Below, piece after piece: positions 35,262 to 45,405 of a stretch of DNA of 64,000 bases. The notes under the pieces were generated by a model that did no database searches, had not been told where the DNA came from, and saw only the letters and a program-made list of their open reading frames with translations. The stretch comes from an uncultured Candidatus Binatia bacterium (lineage in GTDB: Bacteria > Desulfobacterota > Binatia > UBA9968 > JAJDTQ01), in contig OZ251459.1 in NCBI GenBank assembly GCA_965242525.1, positions 2,080,001-2,144,000 of the forward strand, given 5' to 3'. Numbering within the stretch: the first letter of the stretch is position 1; every line of letters begins with the position of its first letter. The position numbers and the translations under genes are program-made.

Positions 35262-36716
35262 CTACCGGTCCTCCACGATGCTGCCGCGCTCGATGACGAA
35301 GGTCCGGTCCAGGAGACCGGCGATGTGCACGTCGTTGGACTCGGCCACCAGCACCGAGGCGCCCTCCCGCTTGAGGTCGTCCAGGATCTCCACCATGCGA
35401 TGGGCGAAGATCGGGGCGATGCCTTCGCTGGGCTCGTCCAGCAGCAACAGCCGCGTGCCCCGCATGAGCGCCCGGGCGAAGGCCACGTACTTCTGCTGTC
35501 CGCCCGACAGGGTGGTGGCCCCGCGGCGCCGGAACTCCTCGACCTCGGGCATGAGACGGTAGATCCATTGCAGGCGTTGGCGGACGTCCCCCGCGCCGGT
35601 GGCCCACACCGGCAGCAGGATGTTCTCCTCCGCGGTCAGGTCGGGGACCAGCCGGCGGTCCTCCGGCATGAAGCCGATGCCCAGGTGGGCCCGGCCATGG
35701 GCCGGGGTAGCGGTGAGGTCCACGTCGCCGAGTTCCATGGCGCCGCGCCGGACCGGCAGCGCGCCCATGACCGCGCGCATCAGGGTGGTCTTGCCCGCGC
35801 CGTTGCGTCCGATGAGCCCGCACATGGAGCCGGAGGGGACGCTCAGCCGGACGCCGCGCAGTATCGGGGTGGCGCCGATGCGGACGTTGAGGCCGCTGAC
35901 CGAGAGCACCGGACGTCCGCCTTCCGACGGAGCCGGCCGCGGCGCCGCCTGCGCTTCCGTCTCCGCATGGCGTTCCCGGCCCAGCACGTATTCCCGAACG
36001 CTCTCGTCGCCAAGGGCTTGCCGGGTGGGGGCGTCGCAGATGATCGCGCCCTGGTAGAAGGCCAGCACCCGTTCCACGTAACGCTCCACGATCTCCATGT
36101 CGTGCTCGATGAACAGCACGGTGGTGCGCTCCTCCCGCAACGCCTGCATCAGGATGTCCATGACGCCGAACTTCTCCTCGGCGCTGATGCCGCTGGTGGG
36201 CTCGTCCAGCATGAGGAGCCGCGGCCGGCGCACCGTGGCCATGGCGATGTCCAGCAGCTTGCGCACGCCCTGGGGCAGCGCGGAGCCGGCCACGTCCCGG
36301 TACTCGGTGATCCGGTAACGGGCGAGGTGGGCCTCCACCCGGGCCGCGCGCCGGTCCGCTGCGAGGGGGGCCAGCAGCCCCGGACCGTCCTCCTCGGCAA
36401 CGCCGTAGGCCATCATCAGGTTGTCGAAGACGGTTTCGGAAAGGAACACCTGGGGGACCTGGAAGGAGCGGCAGAGGCCCATCCGGGCGATGGCGCGCAC
36501 CGAATGGCCGAGGATGCTGCGGCCCATGAACTCGATGGCGCCGCGGTCGGGGGCAAGGTACCCGGTGACCATGTTGACGAAGGTGGTCTTGCCGGCCCCG
36601 TTGGCGCCGATGACGCCCACGGTCTCGCCCTCTTCCACCGCCACGTTGACGTCCCGGGCCGCGGCCACCGCGCCGAAGGACTTCTCGAGACCGTGGACTT
36701 CCAGGACTGCGGCCAT
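35262..36716 (-). CDS. Fused LivG-LivF-type ABC ATP-binding protein
   Basis: Two ABC domains: GANGAGKT..LDEP..IEHDM and GRNGAGKT..LSGGQ..LDEP. Confidence 0.88.
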   Translation of the reverse strand: MAAVLEVHGLEKSFGAVAAARDVNVAVEEGETVGVIGANGAGKTTFVNMVTGYLAPDRGAIEFMGRSILGHSVRAIARMGLCRSFQVPQVFLSETVFDNLMMAYGVAEEDGPGLLAPLAADRRAARVEAHLARYRITEYRDVAGSALPQGVRKLLDIAMATVRRPRLLMLDEPTSGISAEEKFGVMDILMQALREERTTVLFIEHDMEIVERYVERVLAFYQGAIICDAPTRQALGDESVREYVLGRERHAETEAQAAPRPAPSEGGRPVLSVSGLNVRIGATPILRGVRLSVPSGSMCGLIGRNGAGKTTLMRAVMGALPVRRGAMELGDVDLTATPAHGRAHLGIGFMPEDRRLVPDLTAEENILLPVWATGAGDVRQRLQWIYRLMPEVEEFRRRGATTLSGGQQKYVAFARALMRGTRLLLLDEPSEGIAPIFAHRMVEILDDLKREGASVLVAESNDVHIAGLLDRTFVIERGSIVEDR

Positions 36717-36722
36717 GCCCGG

Positions 36723-37706
36723 TTACGCCCCTTTCCTCTCCGTTGGCGGCGCGTCCGCGCTCCGTCTCCGCCAACGCGCGTCCACCAGCGACCACAGCCC
36801 GTTGGGGAGGAACAGGATGATGAGCAGCAACGTGCCCCCCATGATGAGCTGCCACACGCCCGGGAACTGGTCGAAGGCATAGGTGCGGATGAGCTCGTAC
36901 ATGGTCGCGCCGATGAAGGGCGCCACCACGTTCCCCGTGCCGCTCAGGATGGCGATGAAGACGAAGTCCCCGGACACCGGCCAATAGACCATGGAGTCCG
37001 GGTCCACGTGGCCCACCGTGAGGGCGGCGATGGCGCCCCCGAACCCGCCCAGCAGCCCGGAGATGACATACTTGGCGTGGATCGCCCGTTCCGCGGAATA
37101 GCCCAGGTAACCCAGCCGGATCTCGTTCTCGCGGACCGCGGTGGTCATTTGCCCCAGGGTCGAGCGCAGGTACAGGTGCGCGAGGACCGCCGCCGCCCAG
37201 GTGAGGACCGCGGCGAAGACGAACAGGGCCGCCTTGTTCTCCGCGCCCAGGGGCGCGTACCCCAGGTAGGTGGTGGCCTCCAGGCTGATGCCGTCGGTGG
37301 ACCCCAGGTCTTCGAGCTTGGCCAGGACGCCGTAGAGGATCATCGAGAACGCCATGTTCAGGAGGGCGAAGAAGATGCCCCGGTACTGGCGCAGCAGGAA
37401 CCCCAGCACGAAAGCGAAGAGACCCGCCACCGCCACCGCGCAGGCGGTGGTGAGGAAGGCGTCGGTAAAGCCCAGGTACTTGCCCATCAACGCCACGGTG
37501 TAGGCGCCGAACCCGCAGTACAGGGCATGGCCGAAGGAGATCAGCCCGCAGCGCCAGAGCACCAGCAGCCCCAGGGCCACCGCGCCGCGGGCGAGGGAGA
37601 GCGTGAGGATGGCCCGGAACCACTCCGGCGCCACGAGGTTGAGCAGCAGCAGGACCGCGAGCCCCGCGGTCAGCCCCCACAGCGTCATGTCCCGGCGCCC
37701 GGTCAT
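36723..37706 (-). CDS. Branched-chain amino acid ABC permease (LivM-like)
   Basis: SFGHALY, AVRENE..LGY; hydrophobic. Confidence 0.88.
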   Translation of the reverse strand: MTGRRDMTLWGLTAGLAVLLLLNLVAPEWFRAILTLSLARGAVALGLLVLWRCGLISFGHALYCGFGAYTVALMGKYLGFTDAFLTTACAVAVAGLFAFVLGFLLRQYRGIFFALLNMAFSMILYGVLAKLEDLGSTDGISLEATTYLGYAPLGAENKAALFVFAAVLTWAAAVLAHLYLRSTLGQMTTAVRENEIRLGYLGYSAERAIHAKYVISGLLGGFGGAIAALTVGHVDPDSMVYWPVSGDFVFIAILSGTGNVVAPFIGATMYELIRTYAFDQFPGVWQLIMGGTLLLIILFLPNGLWSLVDARWRRRSADAPPTERKGA

Positions 37707-38605
37707 ATCCTCCTCGCCCTTGCCGGCGCGAACAACCCCTGGGGCCGGAGGATCAGCACCAGCGCCATGATCATGTAGATGACGAACAACTCCAAGGCGG
37801 GTTCCTGGTGGACCGCGAACGCCCGGGCCACGCCCACCACCACCGAGCCGATGAGGGCGCCGGGGATGCTGCCCATGCCGCCGATGACCACCACCGCGAA
37901 GGCCAGCACGATCACCTCCACGCCGATGCCGGGCTGGACGGAAATGGCCGGGGCCTGGTAGGCGCCGCCCAGCGCGCCCAGGAACGACCCCACCATGAAG
38001 GTCACCAGAAAGACCTTGTTCACGTCGATGCCCATGGCCTGGGCGAGCTCCCGGTCGTGGATCACCGCCAGCAGCAGCTTGCCGAAAGTGGTCCGGTTGA
38101 GCCCGTACCACAGGACCCCGGCCACCACCGCGGACAGCAGCACCATGGACAGGCTGTAGTTGTCGAAGGGAAGCCCGGCGATGTCGGTCTGGCCCAGCAG
38201 GCCGAGAGGCTCCGCAGCGATGTAGGGGTCGGTTCCCCAGATCAGCAGCAACACGTCCTCGAGGGCCAGGAAGGCGGCAAAGGTGGCCAGGACGATGATG
38301 TGCTCGTCCTCGTGGTAGAGGCGCCGGAGCAGGCCGCGCTCGATGACCAGGCCGAAGAGGACGCCGAGGAAGACGGCCGCCAGCAGCATCACCGCGAACG
38401 CGCCGAACTGGGGCCACTCCACCCGGGCGTAGAGGATCAGCAGCGTGGCGGCCAGGTAGGCGCCGAAGGCGTAGAACGAGCCGTGGGTGACGTTGAGGAT
38501 CTTCTGGACGCCGCAGATGACCGTCAGGCCCACCGCCACCATGAACAGGTAGGAGCCATAGACGAGTCCATCGACGAGGATGACGAGCAGGAGTTCGGGA
38601 TCCAA
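37703..38605 (-). CDS. Branched-chain amino acid ABC permease (LivH-like)
   Basis: GLT..G...LNVTHG, VVIGGMGSIPGA, RPQGLF. Confidence 0.9.
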   Translation of the reverse strand: MDPELLLVILVDGLVYGSYLFMVAVGLTVICGVQKILNVTHGSFYAFGAYLAATLLILYARVEWPQFGAFAVMLLAAVFLGVLFGLVIERGLLRRLYHEDEHIIVLATFAAFLALEDVLLLIWGTDPYIAAEPLGLLGQTDIAGLPFDNYSLSMVLLSAVVAGVLWYGLNRTTFGKLLLAVIHDRELAQAMGIDVNKVFLVTFMVGSFLGALGGAYQAPAISVQPGIGVEVIVLAFAVVVIGGMGSIPGALIGSVVVGVARAFAVHQEPALELFVIYMIMALVLILRPQGLFAPARARRI

Positions 38606-38705
38606 CGTTTTCCCCTTGGCGCCGCGGCAGTGGTCGAAGCCGGGCGGAGACGGCCCGTGCGCCCGCCGGCGCCCGGGGGACGGAGGCGCCAGGGCCGTCC
38701 GCGGG

Positions 38706-40022
38706 TCAGCCGCACTTGGCGCCCTTCATGCCGCCCTCGAGCCACTCCACCGCGCCCACGCCGTCCGGCGGGTTCACGCACTCCGCGTCGAACACCTCCA
38801 CATCCTTGACCACCATCTCGCCCCTGGCGTCGTCCCACACGGTAAGGCCCCAACGCTCCTCTGTGATCGCCTGGTGGCCGTTGTTGAGGGACATCTTCAC
38901 GGTGGCAAAGGCCTCGAAGGTGGCTCCCTCCAGCGCGGCGATGACCTGCTCGGTGGAGGGAAACTTGCCGCGGTTGTCCTTCATGGCCCGGTCGTAGGCG
39001 TACTTGGCCGCCAACACGCCCTGGGCGAACTGGTAGGACGGCTGCGAGGGTGCTTCCCCGTAGGTCTTGCGGTATTCCTGCTGGAACCAGTTGTTGAGCG
39101 GCGTGTCGATGTCCACCGCGTACATGCCGTAGGGGCCGCGGGTGCCCACGAGCTGCCCTTCCGGGAACTTCCGGCCGAGCCGGTACGCCACCGTCTCGCC
39201 CACCGTCAGCACGAAGGTCTTGCGCCGGAACAGCCCCCGGGCGCTGGCCTGGGCGATCAACGCTTCCAGGTCGCCGCCCCAGAAGCTCGAATGGACCAGC
39301 TTCTGCCTGGCCCGAAGCAGCACCGAGATCTCGGAACCGTACTGGCCCGAGAACAGCTTGGGGAACTGCTGCTTGGCGGCCGGCTTCGCGCCCGGGGCCA
39401 CCGCCTGCAGGGCCAGGTGGAAGTCGCGCCAGCTATCCTGTCCCCATGCGTAGTTCTGGTTGATGCCGATGTAACCGTCCTTGAGCGTGTCCCCGAGGTT
39501 CGCGGCCACGTAGCGCGCGGCGCTGACGCCGCTGGCGGTCCCGTGGTTCAGGATGCGGAACAGGTACTTGGGCTCCTTCACCAGCTCCTCGAAGATCCGC
39601 GGGGTGCCGCAGACCGTGAACAGGGTCAGCACCTCCAGCTCCTCGGCCACCCGTGCGGTGGCGGCGCAGGTGCCGGACGAAACGTAGCCCACCACCACGT
39701 CCACCCCTTCCTTCTGCACCTTGTTGCGCAGCTCGGTGACCTGCCTGGTGCCGCCCCCGGCCTCGTCATAGACCAACAGATCGATCTTGCGGCCGGCCAG
39801 GCCCACGCCGTCGTAAGGCGCGGGCAGCGCGCCCTCGTTGATGGCGCGCACCACCAGCTCCGCGCCCTGCTTGGCCGGGACCCCGAAGGCCGGCGCGCCG
39901 GCGCCGGTGAGGAACGTCGGGACCGCCATCTTCACGGTCTGGGCCGAGACCCCGCCGGCCGCAAGCAACACGGCGAAAGCCGCGGCCAACGTCATGCATC
40001 CGGTACGAAGTATTGCGCTCAT
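38706..40022 (-). CDS. Branched-chain-type ABC substrate-binding protein
   Basis: Signal peptide, NYAWGQD; head of the liv-like operon. Confidence 0.88.
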   Translation of the reverse strand: MSAILRTGCMTLAAAFAVLLAAGGVSAQTVKMAVPTFLTGAGAPAFGVPAKQGAELVVRAINEGALPAPYDGVGLAGRKIDLLVYDEAGGGTRQVTELRNKVQKEGVDVVVGYVSSGTCAATARVAEELEVLTLFTVCGTPRIFEELVKEPKYLFRILNHGTASGVSAARYVAANLGDTLKDGYIGINQNYAWGQDSWRDFHLALQAVAPGAKPAAKQQFPKLFSGQYGSEISVLLRARQKLVHSSFWGGDLEALIAQASARGLFRRKTFVLTVGETVAYRLGRKFPEGQLVGTRGPYGMYAVDIDTPLNNWFQQEYRKTYGEAPSQPSYQFAQGVLAAKYAYDRAMKDNRGKFPSTEQVIAALEGATFEAFATVKMSLNNGHQAITEERWGLTVWDDARGEMVVKDVEVFDAECVNPPDGVGAVEWLEGGMKGAKCG

Positions 40023-40137
40023 GATCGCCTCCCAATATGCCCTATATCTATACTACCGGATCGTCTCACAATCGCACAGGCACGGCAACCGGGGCGCGTC
40101 CCCGAAAGCTCGTCCCCGGCTCCGACCCGGGCATGGC

Positions 40138-41154
40138 CTACATTCCCTTGGGTACGGTCATGCCGATTTCCTCGAAGTAGCGTTTGGCGCCCGGGTGCAC
40201 GGGCGAGGCCACCTGGTTGAAGACGTTCTCCCGCTTGATCGCGGACCGGAACGCGGCCGCCTTCTTGTAAACCTCGTCGATGTTCTCCCAGAACACCTTG
40301 GTCATCCTGTAGGCTACCGCGTCCGGCACCGAGGACCGGATGCCGATGCCGCCCCAGGAACCCACCGTGATCACGTCTTCGGTGTTAACTTGGTTCTTGC
40401 CGTAGGTCCCGGGCTCGATGACGTCCTGGGTGCGTCCCGCGCTGGCGAAGAGCTTGCGCGCGTCCGCGGAATCCAGCCGGTCTTTCGGGATGCCCAGGAA
40501 GCGGATCTTCGTGGTCAGCGCAATCTGCTGGATGCTGGCCGACGGGATCGCCCCGGGCTGGATCATGGCGGCCACTTGCCGGTTGCGAAAGGCGTCGATA
40601 CCGGCGCCCCACGGCAGTTTCCGAACCGTGAAGTCCTTGCCGCCGTCGAGCCCGCTGGCTCCCTTCACGATGCCCGCGGCGATGACCGTGGCGGCGCCCG
40701 CGGGCGGCCCGAGGAAGATCGTCTTGCCCTGGAAGTCCGCGATGGACCGGATGCCGGAGTCGGCGCGGGTCACCACATGGTAGGTGGCCAGCTTGAAGTT
40801 GAACAGCACCGAGGCCTTTTTCGCGATGTCCGGGCCGTGCTCGATGTTCTTGAACACGCGCGTGCCGTCGGTCATCCACACGTGCATCAGGGGAGACGAA
40901 TAGAAGATGTCCACCGTCCCCTGCGTCGCCTCCACGTAGTGCTTGGTGGCGACCCCCGTGGCGTTGAGCTGGATCTCGATGTCGCCGGCGTGCCGGTTGA
41001 CGATATCGGTGAAGGCCGACACGAACAGGAAGGGCGGCGTCCCCGGCCGGGTGGCCGACGCCTTCAGGGTCGTCTGCGCCTGCGCCGAGACGGCCGCCAG
41101 GCAGAGCAGCAGGGTTGCCGCCGCCCACGTCATGGTCTGGGTCATGGTCTTCAT
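40138..41154 (-). CDS. TAXI-family TRAP solute-binding protein
   Basis: Signal peptide, SGIRSIADFQGK, PVHPGAKRYFEE. Confidence 0.88.
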   Translation of the reverse strand: MKTMTQTMTWAAATLLLCLAAVSAQAQTTLKASATRPGTPPFLFVSAFTDIVNRHAGDIEIQLNATGVATKHYVEATQGTVDIFYSSPLMHVWMTDGTRVFKNIEHGPDIAKKASVLFNFKLATYHVVTRADSGIRSIADFQGKTIFLGPPAGAATVIAAGIVKGASGLDGGKDFTVRKLPWGAGIDAFRNRQVAAMIQPGAIPSASIQQIALTTKIRFLGIPKDRLDSADARKLFASAGRTQDVIEPGTYGKNQVNTEDVITVGSWGGIGIRSSVPDAVAYRMTKVFWENIDEVYKKAAAFRSAIKRENVFNQVASPVHPGAKRYFEEIGMTVPKGM

Positions 41155-43055
41155 GGGGAACCTCCTCCCGGGTTGTTGTCTTCCACCTTTTGCGACTTCA
41201 CGAAATCGAATGCAACCACCGCGGCGCCCGCGGCAAGGCCTGCGGCCTGGACCGCGGCGCCGGGGTAGGCAAGCGCTGCGCAGCAGGCGAGGCGCACGGC
41301 GCGGGACGCCGGGGTCAGCGCACTGCGGTCGAACCCGCCGAGGCCCGTGACCAGCAGCCAGATGACGGCGCCGATCCGGAGCATGGCCCAGAGGAAGTCC
41401 GCGGGGTCGAACCCGGCCACGAGCAGCAACGACGGATGGAACACGAACATGTAGGGGATGACGAAACCCATGGTCGCAAGCCGAAGGGCGATGGCCCCGG
41501 TGCGCAACGGACTGGCGCCGGCGATGGGCGCCGCGGCGTAGGCGGCGAGGGCCACGGGCGGCGTGACCACGGACAACACGCCGAAATAGAGCACGAACAT
41601 GTGGGCCGCGAGCATCGGGATGCCCAGGTCCTGCAGCGCAGGCCCCATGACCAATACGATGATCAGGTACGCCGGCAGCGTGGGCAGGCCCATGCCGAGC
41701 ACCAGCGCGCCCAGCATGGTATAGACGAGGGACAGGAACAGGTCGCCGTCGCCCAGCGACAGGATCACGTTGGAGAAACGGAGCCCGATGCCGGTCATGT
41801 TGATGACCGCGAGGAGGACGCCGATGGCCCCCACCGCGATCAGGATGCGCGCCCCCGCAATGCCGCCGTTGGCGACCGCTTCCAGCATCGCTTGCGGACG
41901 GCGGCGCACCTCGGGGTTCACCAGGAACGGCAACACCAGCGCGGACAGCGCAGCCCAGAAACCCGCGGCCGCCGCGGACTGGCCGGAGACCAGGACGCCG
42001 ACCAGCACCGCGAGGGGCCCCGCGAACATGACCGACAGCAGCCAGTCCCGTTTCGTCAGGGCTTCGCGCTCCTCCCGGGGCGTGGGCCGGATCCCCAGGC
42101 GCGCGGCCTCTACGCCCACCGCGGCAAACAGGCTGCCGTAGTACAACAGGGCCGGGACCAGGGCGGCGACGGCCACCAGGAGGTAGGGCGTGTGCGTCAG
42201 CTCTGCGAGCAGGAACGCCGCGGCCCCGAGTATGGGCGGCATGATCTGGCCCCCGGAGGAGGCGGTGGTCTCCACCGCGCCGGCGAAGGCGGGCCGGAAC
42301 CCCCGCTTCTTCATCAGCGGGATGGTGAAGACGCCGGTGCCGACGACGTTTGCCACCGCGCTTCCCGACATGGCCCCGAACAGGCCGCTGGCGGCGATGG
42401 CGGCGTGGGCCGGCCCGCCCCGCATGCGGCCCGAGACGCGGACGGCGAACTTGAGCAGCACCGCGCCGGCGCCGCTTCCCTCCAGGATCGCGCCGAAGAC
42501 GATGTAGATGAAGACGACGTTGACCCCGACCCCCGTGGGCAGGCCGAACACCCCGTCCAGGCTGTACCATACGGTCTGGGCGATCTGCTCGGTGTTGAAA
42601 CCGACGTGGTGGAAGATCCACGGCAGTTGCCTGCCGAAGGCGGCGTAGATCAGGGCCAGGAAACCGAACAGGGCGAGGGGCAACCCCAGGGCGCGTCTGG
42701 CGAGCTCCAGGATCACCAGGGAAGACGCCAGGGCCGCGGCTAGGTCGAGGGTCGAGAACTCGAACAGGCCCGTCCAGAGCGCCTCGCGAATGGTGATGAG
42801 CTTGACCATCCCCACCGCGAGCACCGCCAGGAGGCACAGGTCGATGACGCCGGCCGCCTTCCCGGCCCGGGCCGAGGCCCCCAACCGCAGCGGGTAGAGA
42901 GCGAGGACGGCCGCGGCGGCCGCGGACATGGCCAGGGCTCGGTGGAGCCCCGGATCGAACAGGCCGAAACCCGAGGTGTAGAATGCCAGGAGGGCCAGGG
43001 CGAAACCGAGCACCGACGCGGCCCCGCTTCTCACGTTCGCCCCCAGCATACCCAT
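41151..43055 (-). CDS. TRAP fused permease (4TM/12TM)
   Basis: GGPAH, SGSAVANV, ASSGGQIMPP, GMGLPT, TPPVALA. Confidence 0.9.
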   Translation of the reverse strand: MGMLGANVRSGAASVLGFALALLAFYTSGFGLFDPGLHRALAMSAAAAAVLALYPLRLGASARAGKAAGVIDLCLLAVLAVGMVKLITIREALWTGLFEFSTLDLAAALASSLVILELARRALGLPLALFGFLALIYAAFGRQLPWIFHHVGFNTEQIAQTVWYSLDGVFGLPTGVGVNVVFIYIVFGAILEGSGAGAVLLKFAVRVSGRMRGGPAHAAIAASGLFGAMSGSAVANVVGTGVFTIPLMKKRGFRPAFAGAVETTASSGGQIMPPILGAAAFLLAELTHTPYLLVAVAALVPALLYYGSLFAAVGVEAARLGIRPTPREEREALTKRDWLLSVMFAGPLAVLVGVLVSGQSAAAAGFWAALSALVLPFLVNPEVRRRPQAMLEAVANGGIAGARILIAVGAIGVLLAVINMTGIGLRFSNVILSLGDGDLFLSLVYTMLGALVLGMGLPTLPAYLIIVLVMGPALQDLGIPMLAAHMFVLYFGVLSVVTPPVALAAYAAAPIAGASPLRTGAIALRLATMGFVIPYMFVFHPSLLLVAGFDPADFLWAMLRIGAVIWLLVTGLGGFDRSALTPASRAVRLACCAALAYPGAAVQAAGLAAGAAVVAFDFVKSQKVEDNNPGGGSP

Positions 43056-43130
43056 TGGTTATACGTATCGGCCAATGAAGTCTATCGTACCGGCTCGGGA
43101 AAACCTTTGCCGTCATGGAGGACACCGAAA

Positions 43131-43751
43131 ATGGAACAGAGCACGGCGCAACGAAGCAAGGTGGACCTGGAGGGGCTGCACCGCCCCGAGGTCCTGGCGA
43201 CGAAGGGCGTCCAGCCGCCCGCGGACATGCCCTTCCGCATCGGCAACATGGGACACGCCGTCCTGATGGTCCGGGACGTCGACGCGTCCGTTCGATTCTA
43301 CACCCGGGTGCTCGGCTTCAAGGTCTCCGACGTCTATCCCGACAGCATGGTCCAGGGCCGGATGGTCTTCCTGCGTTTCAACCGGGACCACCACGGTCTG
43401 GGCCTCGTGGGCCAAGCCAGGGAGGTTTCCGGGAACCGGGAACTGCACCACTTGGCGTTCGAGGTCCCTACACTCGACGACGTCTTCCGCGCAAGGGACC
43501 ACCTCGAGAAGAACGGCGTCGCCATCGACTTCCACGGCCGGAGGCGGGCGGGCTGCCAGGTATCGGTGGAGTTTCGGGACCCCGACGGCCACAGCCTGGA
43601 GATATTCTGGGGACTCGACAAGGTGGACTGGGAAGGCGAAGCGCGCCCGCCCGAAGAGTGGGTTCCCGAACCGTCGCTCGAAGAGGCCCTCGACCGCGCG
43701 CCGCGAGGACAGGACACCCGCCTTGCAGACCCCGGCTTGCGTCGAAGATAG
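43131..43751 (+). CDS. VOC/glyoxalase (extradiol dioxygenase-like) protein
   Basis: GHAVL, FYTRVLGF, DHH, LHHLAF, DPDGHSLE; GGAGG RBS. Confidence 0.85.
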   Translation: MEQSTAQRSKVDLEGLHRPEVLATKGVQPPADMPFRIGNMGHAVLMVRDVDASVRFYTRVLGFKVSDVYPDSMVQGRMVFLRFNRDHHGLGLVGQAREVSGNRELHHLAFEVPTLDDVFRARDHLEKNGVAIDFHGRRRAGCQVSVEFRDPDGHSLEIFWGLDKVDWEGEARPPEEWVPEPSLEEALDRAPRGQDTRLADPGLRRR

Positions 43752-43860
43752 GGCATTCTCCCACGACCAGCGGGCCGGAGGCCGGTACGTTCCTGAAACC
43801 TGCGCCGCTCCCTCACGCGGAAGCGCTACGGGCCTCGGCGGATCGGCTCCGGGCGCGTGC

Positions 43861-43948
43861 ATTCCGTATTGGCCGGTGCTATATTCCGAATTGGACGACA
43901 GGTTACTCCGAATTGGACGACACTGTATTCCGAACTGGACGAGCAGCC
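43861..43948 (+). repeat. Four tandem 22-bp direct repeats abutting a start codon
   Basis: ATTCCGTATTGGCCGGTGCTAT / ATTCCGAATTGGACGACAGGTT / ACTCCGAATTGGACGACACTGT / ATTCCGAACTGGACGAGCAGCC, then ATG. Confidence 0.85.
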
Positions 43949-45208
43949 ATGCCGAACGAGACGGTACGCCCCGGGAAATACATGCCTCGGCACGCGGAGG
44001 CGCAGGTTCGGGTTGCGCTGGCGGACACCCGCATCGTCGCCATCGTCGGACCGCGGCAGTCCGGCAAGACGACGCTCGCTCGGCGCATCGCCCGTGACCA
44101 CGGCCGTCCTTTCGTCACGCTGGACGACGAACAGCACAGGCGGTTCGCCGAGGACGACCCCATCGGCTTCACTCGGAGCAACCCCGCCGCGGTGATCGAC
44201 GAGATCCAGCGCGTGCCGAGGCTCATCCTCGCAATCAAGCAAATGGTGGACGAGAACCCCCAACCCGGCCGCTATTTGATCACCGGCTCGGTGGACCTGT
44301 TCCGGGGCTCGATCTCTCCGGATTCGTTGGCGGGCCGCATCGAGACCATCGAATTGCTGCCGTTTTCCCAGGCTGAAATCGCCGGAGCCGGCTTGCCCGG
44401 TTTCTTGGACCGGGCCTTTGCGGGAGATTTCCCGAAACTCGCGAAGACGGGGCCCACGTCCGGCCTGACCGAACGCGTCCTCGCCGGCGGCTTCCCCGAA
44501 GCCCTTTCACGCGAGGTCCCCGCGCGGCGCCGGAACTGGCTGCTGTCCTATGCGCGCTCGCTGGCCCGACGCGACGTATCCGACATCGCCGCCATCGGAA
44601 AGCTCGATGAAATGGCCCGCCTCATGGACCACGCAGCCGCGTCCGCGGGCCAGTTGCTCAACATGTCCGGGCTCGGTTCACGGCTGGGCGTTGACGGCAA
44701 GACCGTCGATCGCTGGCTGAACCTGTTCGAGCACATGTTTCTCGTGCGTCGTGTTCGCGCCTGGCATCGCAACGACCTGAAACGGCTGGTCAGGACGCCG
44801 AAGCTCCAGTTCCTGGACTCCGGTCTGCTTGCCGCACTCCGCCGAGTGGACGCGGCGACCATCGACAGGGACCGGCGGCAGGTGGGGGCGCTGCTCGAAT
44901 GTTTCGTCCATTCCGAGCTCGTGAAAGCCGCCGCCCTGTCCGAAGAGCCGACGGCCATCAGCCACTACCGCGACAAGGACCGGGCCGAGGTCGATTTGGT
45001 CCTGGAGCGGTCACCGGGCGAGGTCGTCGGCGTGGAGGTCAAGGCGGGGGCCACCGTGCGCCCCGGCGACTTCAAGGGACTGGCCCGCCTGAAAGAAGCC
45101 GCAGGCCGACGGTTTTCCTGCGGCATCGTGCTCCACGACGGCGAACGGGTGCAAGAGGCGTCCCCCCGATTGTTCGCCATGCCCATCAGCGTACTGTGGG
45201 ACGCCTGA
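43949..45208 (+). CDS. AAA_14 ATPase with DUF4143 (wHTH + PD-(D/E)xK) C-terminus
   Basis: GPRQSGKTT, IDEIQR, TGS, SLAGR, GGFPE, DSGL, EVDLVLE..GVEVK. Confidence 0.9.
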   Translation: MPNETVRPGKYMPRHAEAQVRVALADTRIVAIVGPRQSGKTTLARRIARDHGRPFVTLDDEQHRRFAEDDPIGFTRSNPAAVIDEIQRVPRLILAIKQMVDENPQPGRYLITGSVDLFRGSISPDSLAGRIETIELLPFSQAEIAGAGLPGFLDRAFAGDFPKLAKTGPTSGLTERVLAGGFPEALSREVPARRRNWLLSYARSLARRDVSDIAAIGKLDEMARLMDHAAASAGQLLNMSGLGSRLGVDGKTVDRWLNLFEHMFLVRRVRAWHRNDLKRLVRTPKLQFLDSGLLAALRRVDAATIDRDRRQVGALLECFVHSELVKAAALSEEPTAISHYRDKDRAEVDLVLERSPGEVVGVEVKAGATVRPGDFKGLARLKEAAGRRFSCGIVLHDGERVQEASPRLFAMPISVLWDA

Positions 45209-45226
45209 GACCCCTCTCCGAAGAAT

Positions 45227-45394
45227 GCGTCCTTCGACTTCGCTTCGCTACGCTCAGGACGAACGGGGATCGTTGTTCCGGGTTTCCCTTGGAAGGGTCT
45301 TCCGGCTTTTGTGTGTGAAAGGTGGGAGGGACAGGAGTCAGGCCGTCGTTCCCGCAGACGCCCACCCCCGTCATTCCCGCGAAAGCGGGAATCC
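45227..45394. repeat. REP B + REP A cluster between convergent genes
   Basis: REP B 45227-45266; REP A 45370-45394. Confidence 0.85.
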
Positions 45395-45405
45395 AGGTTT
45401 CATAG

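Noticed and set aside
43861-43948. Mini-CRISPR or plasmid origin
   Set aside because: Period is only 22 nt with ~6-nt variable parts; no Rep gene or AT-rich unwinding region.
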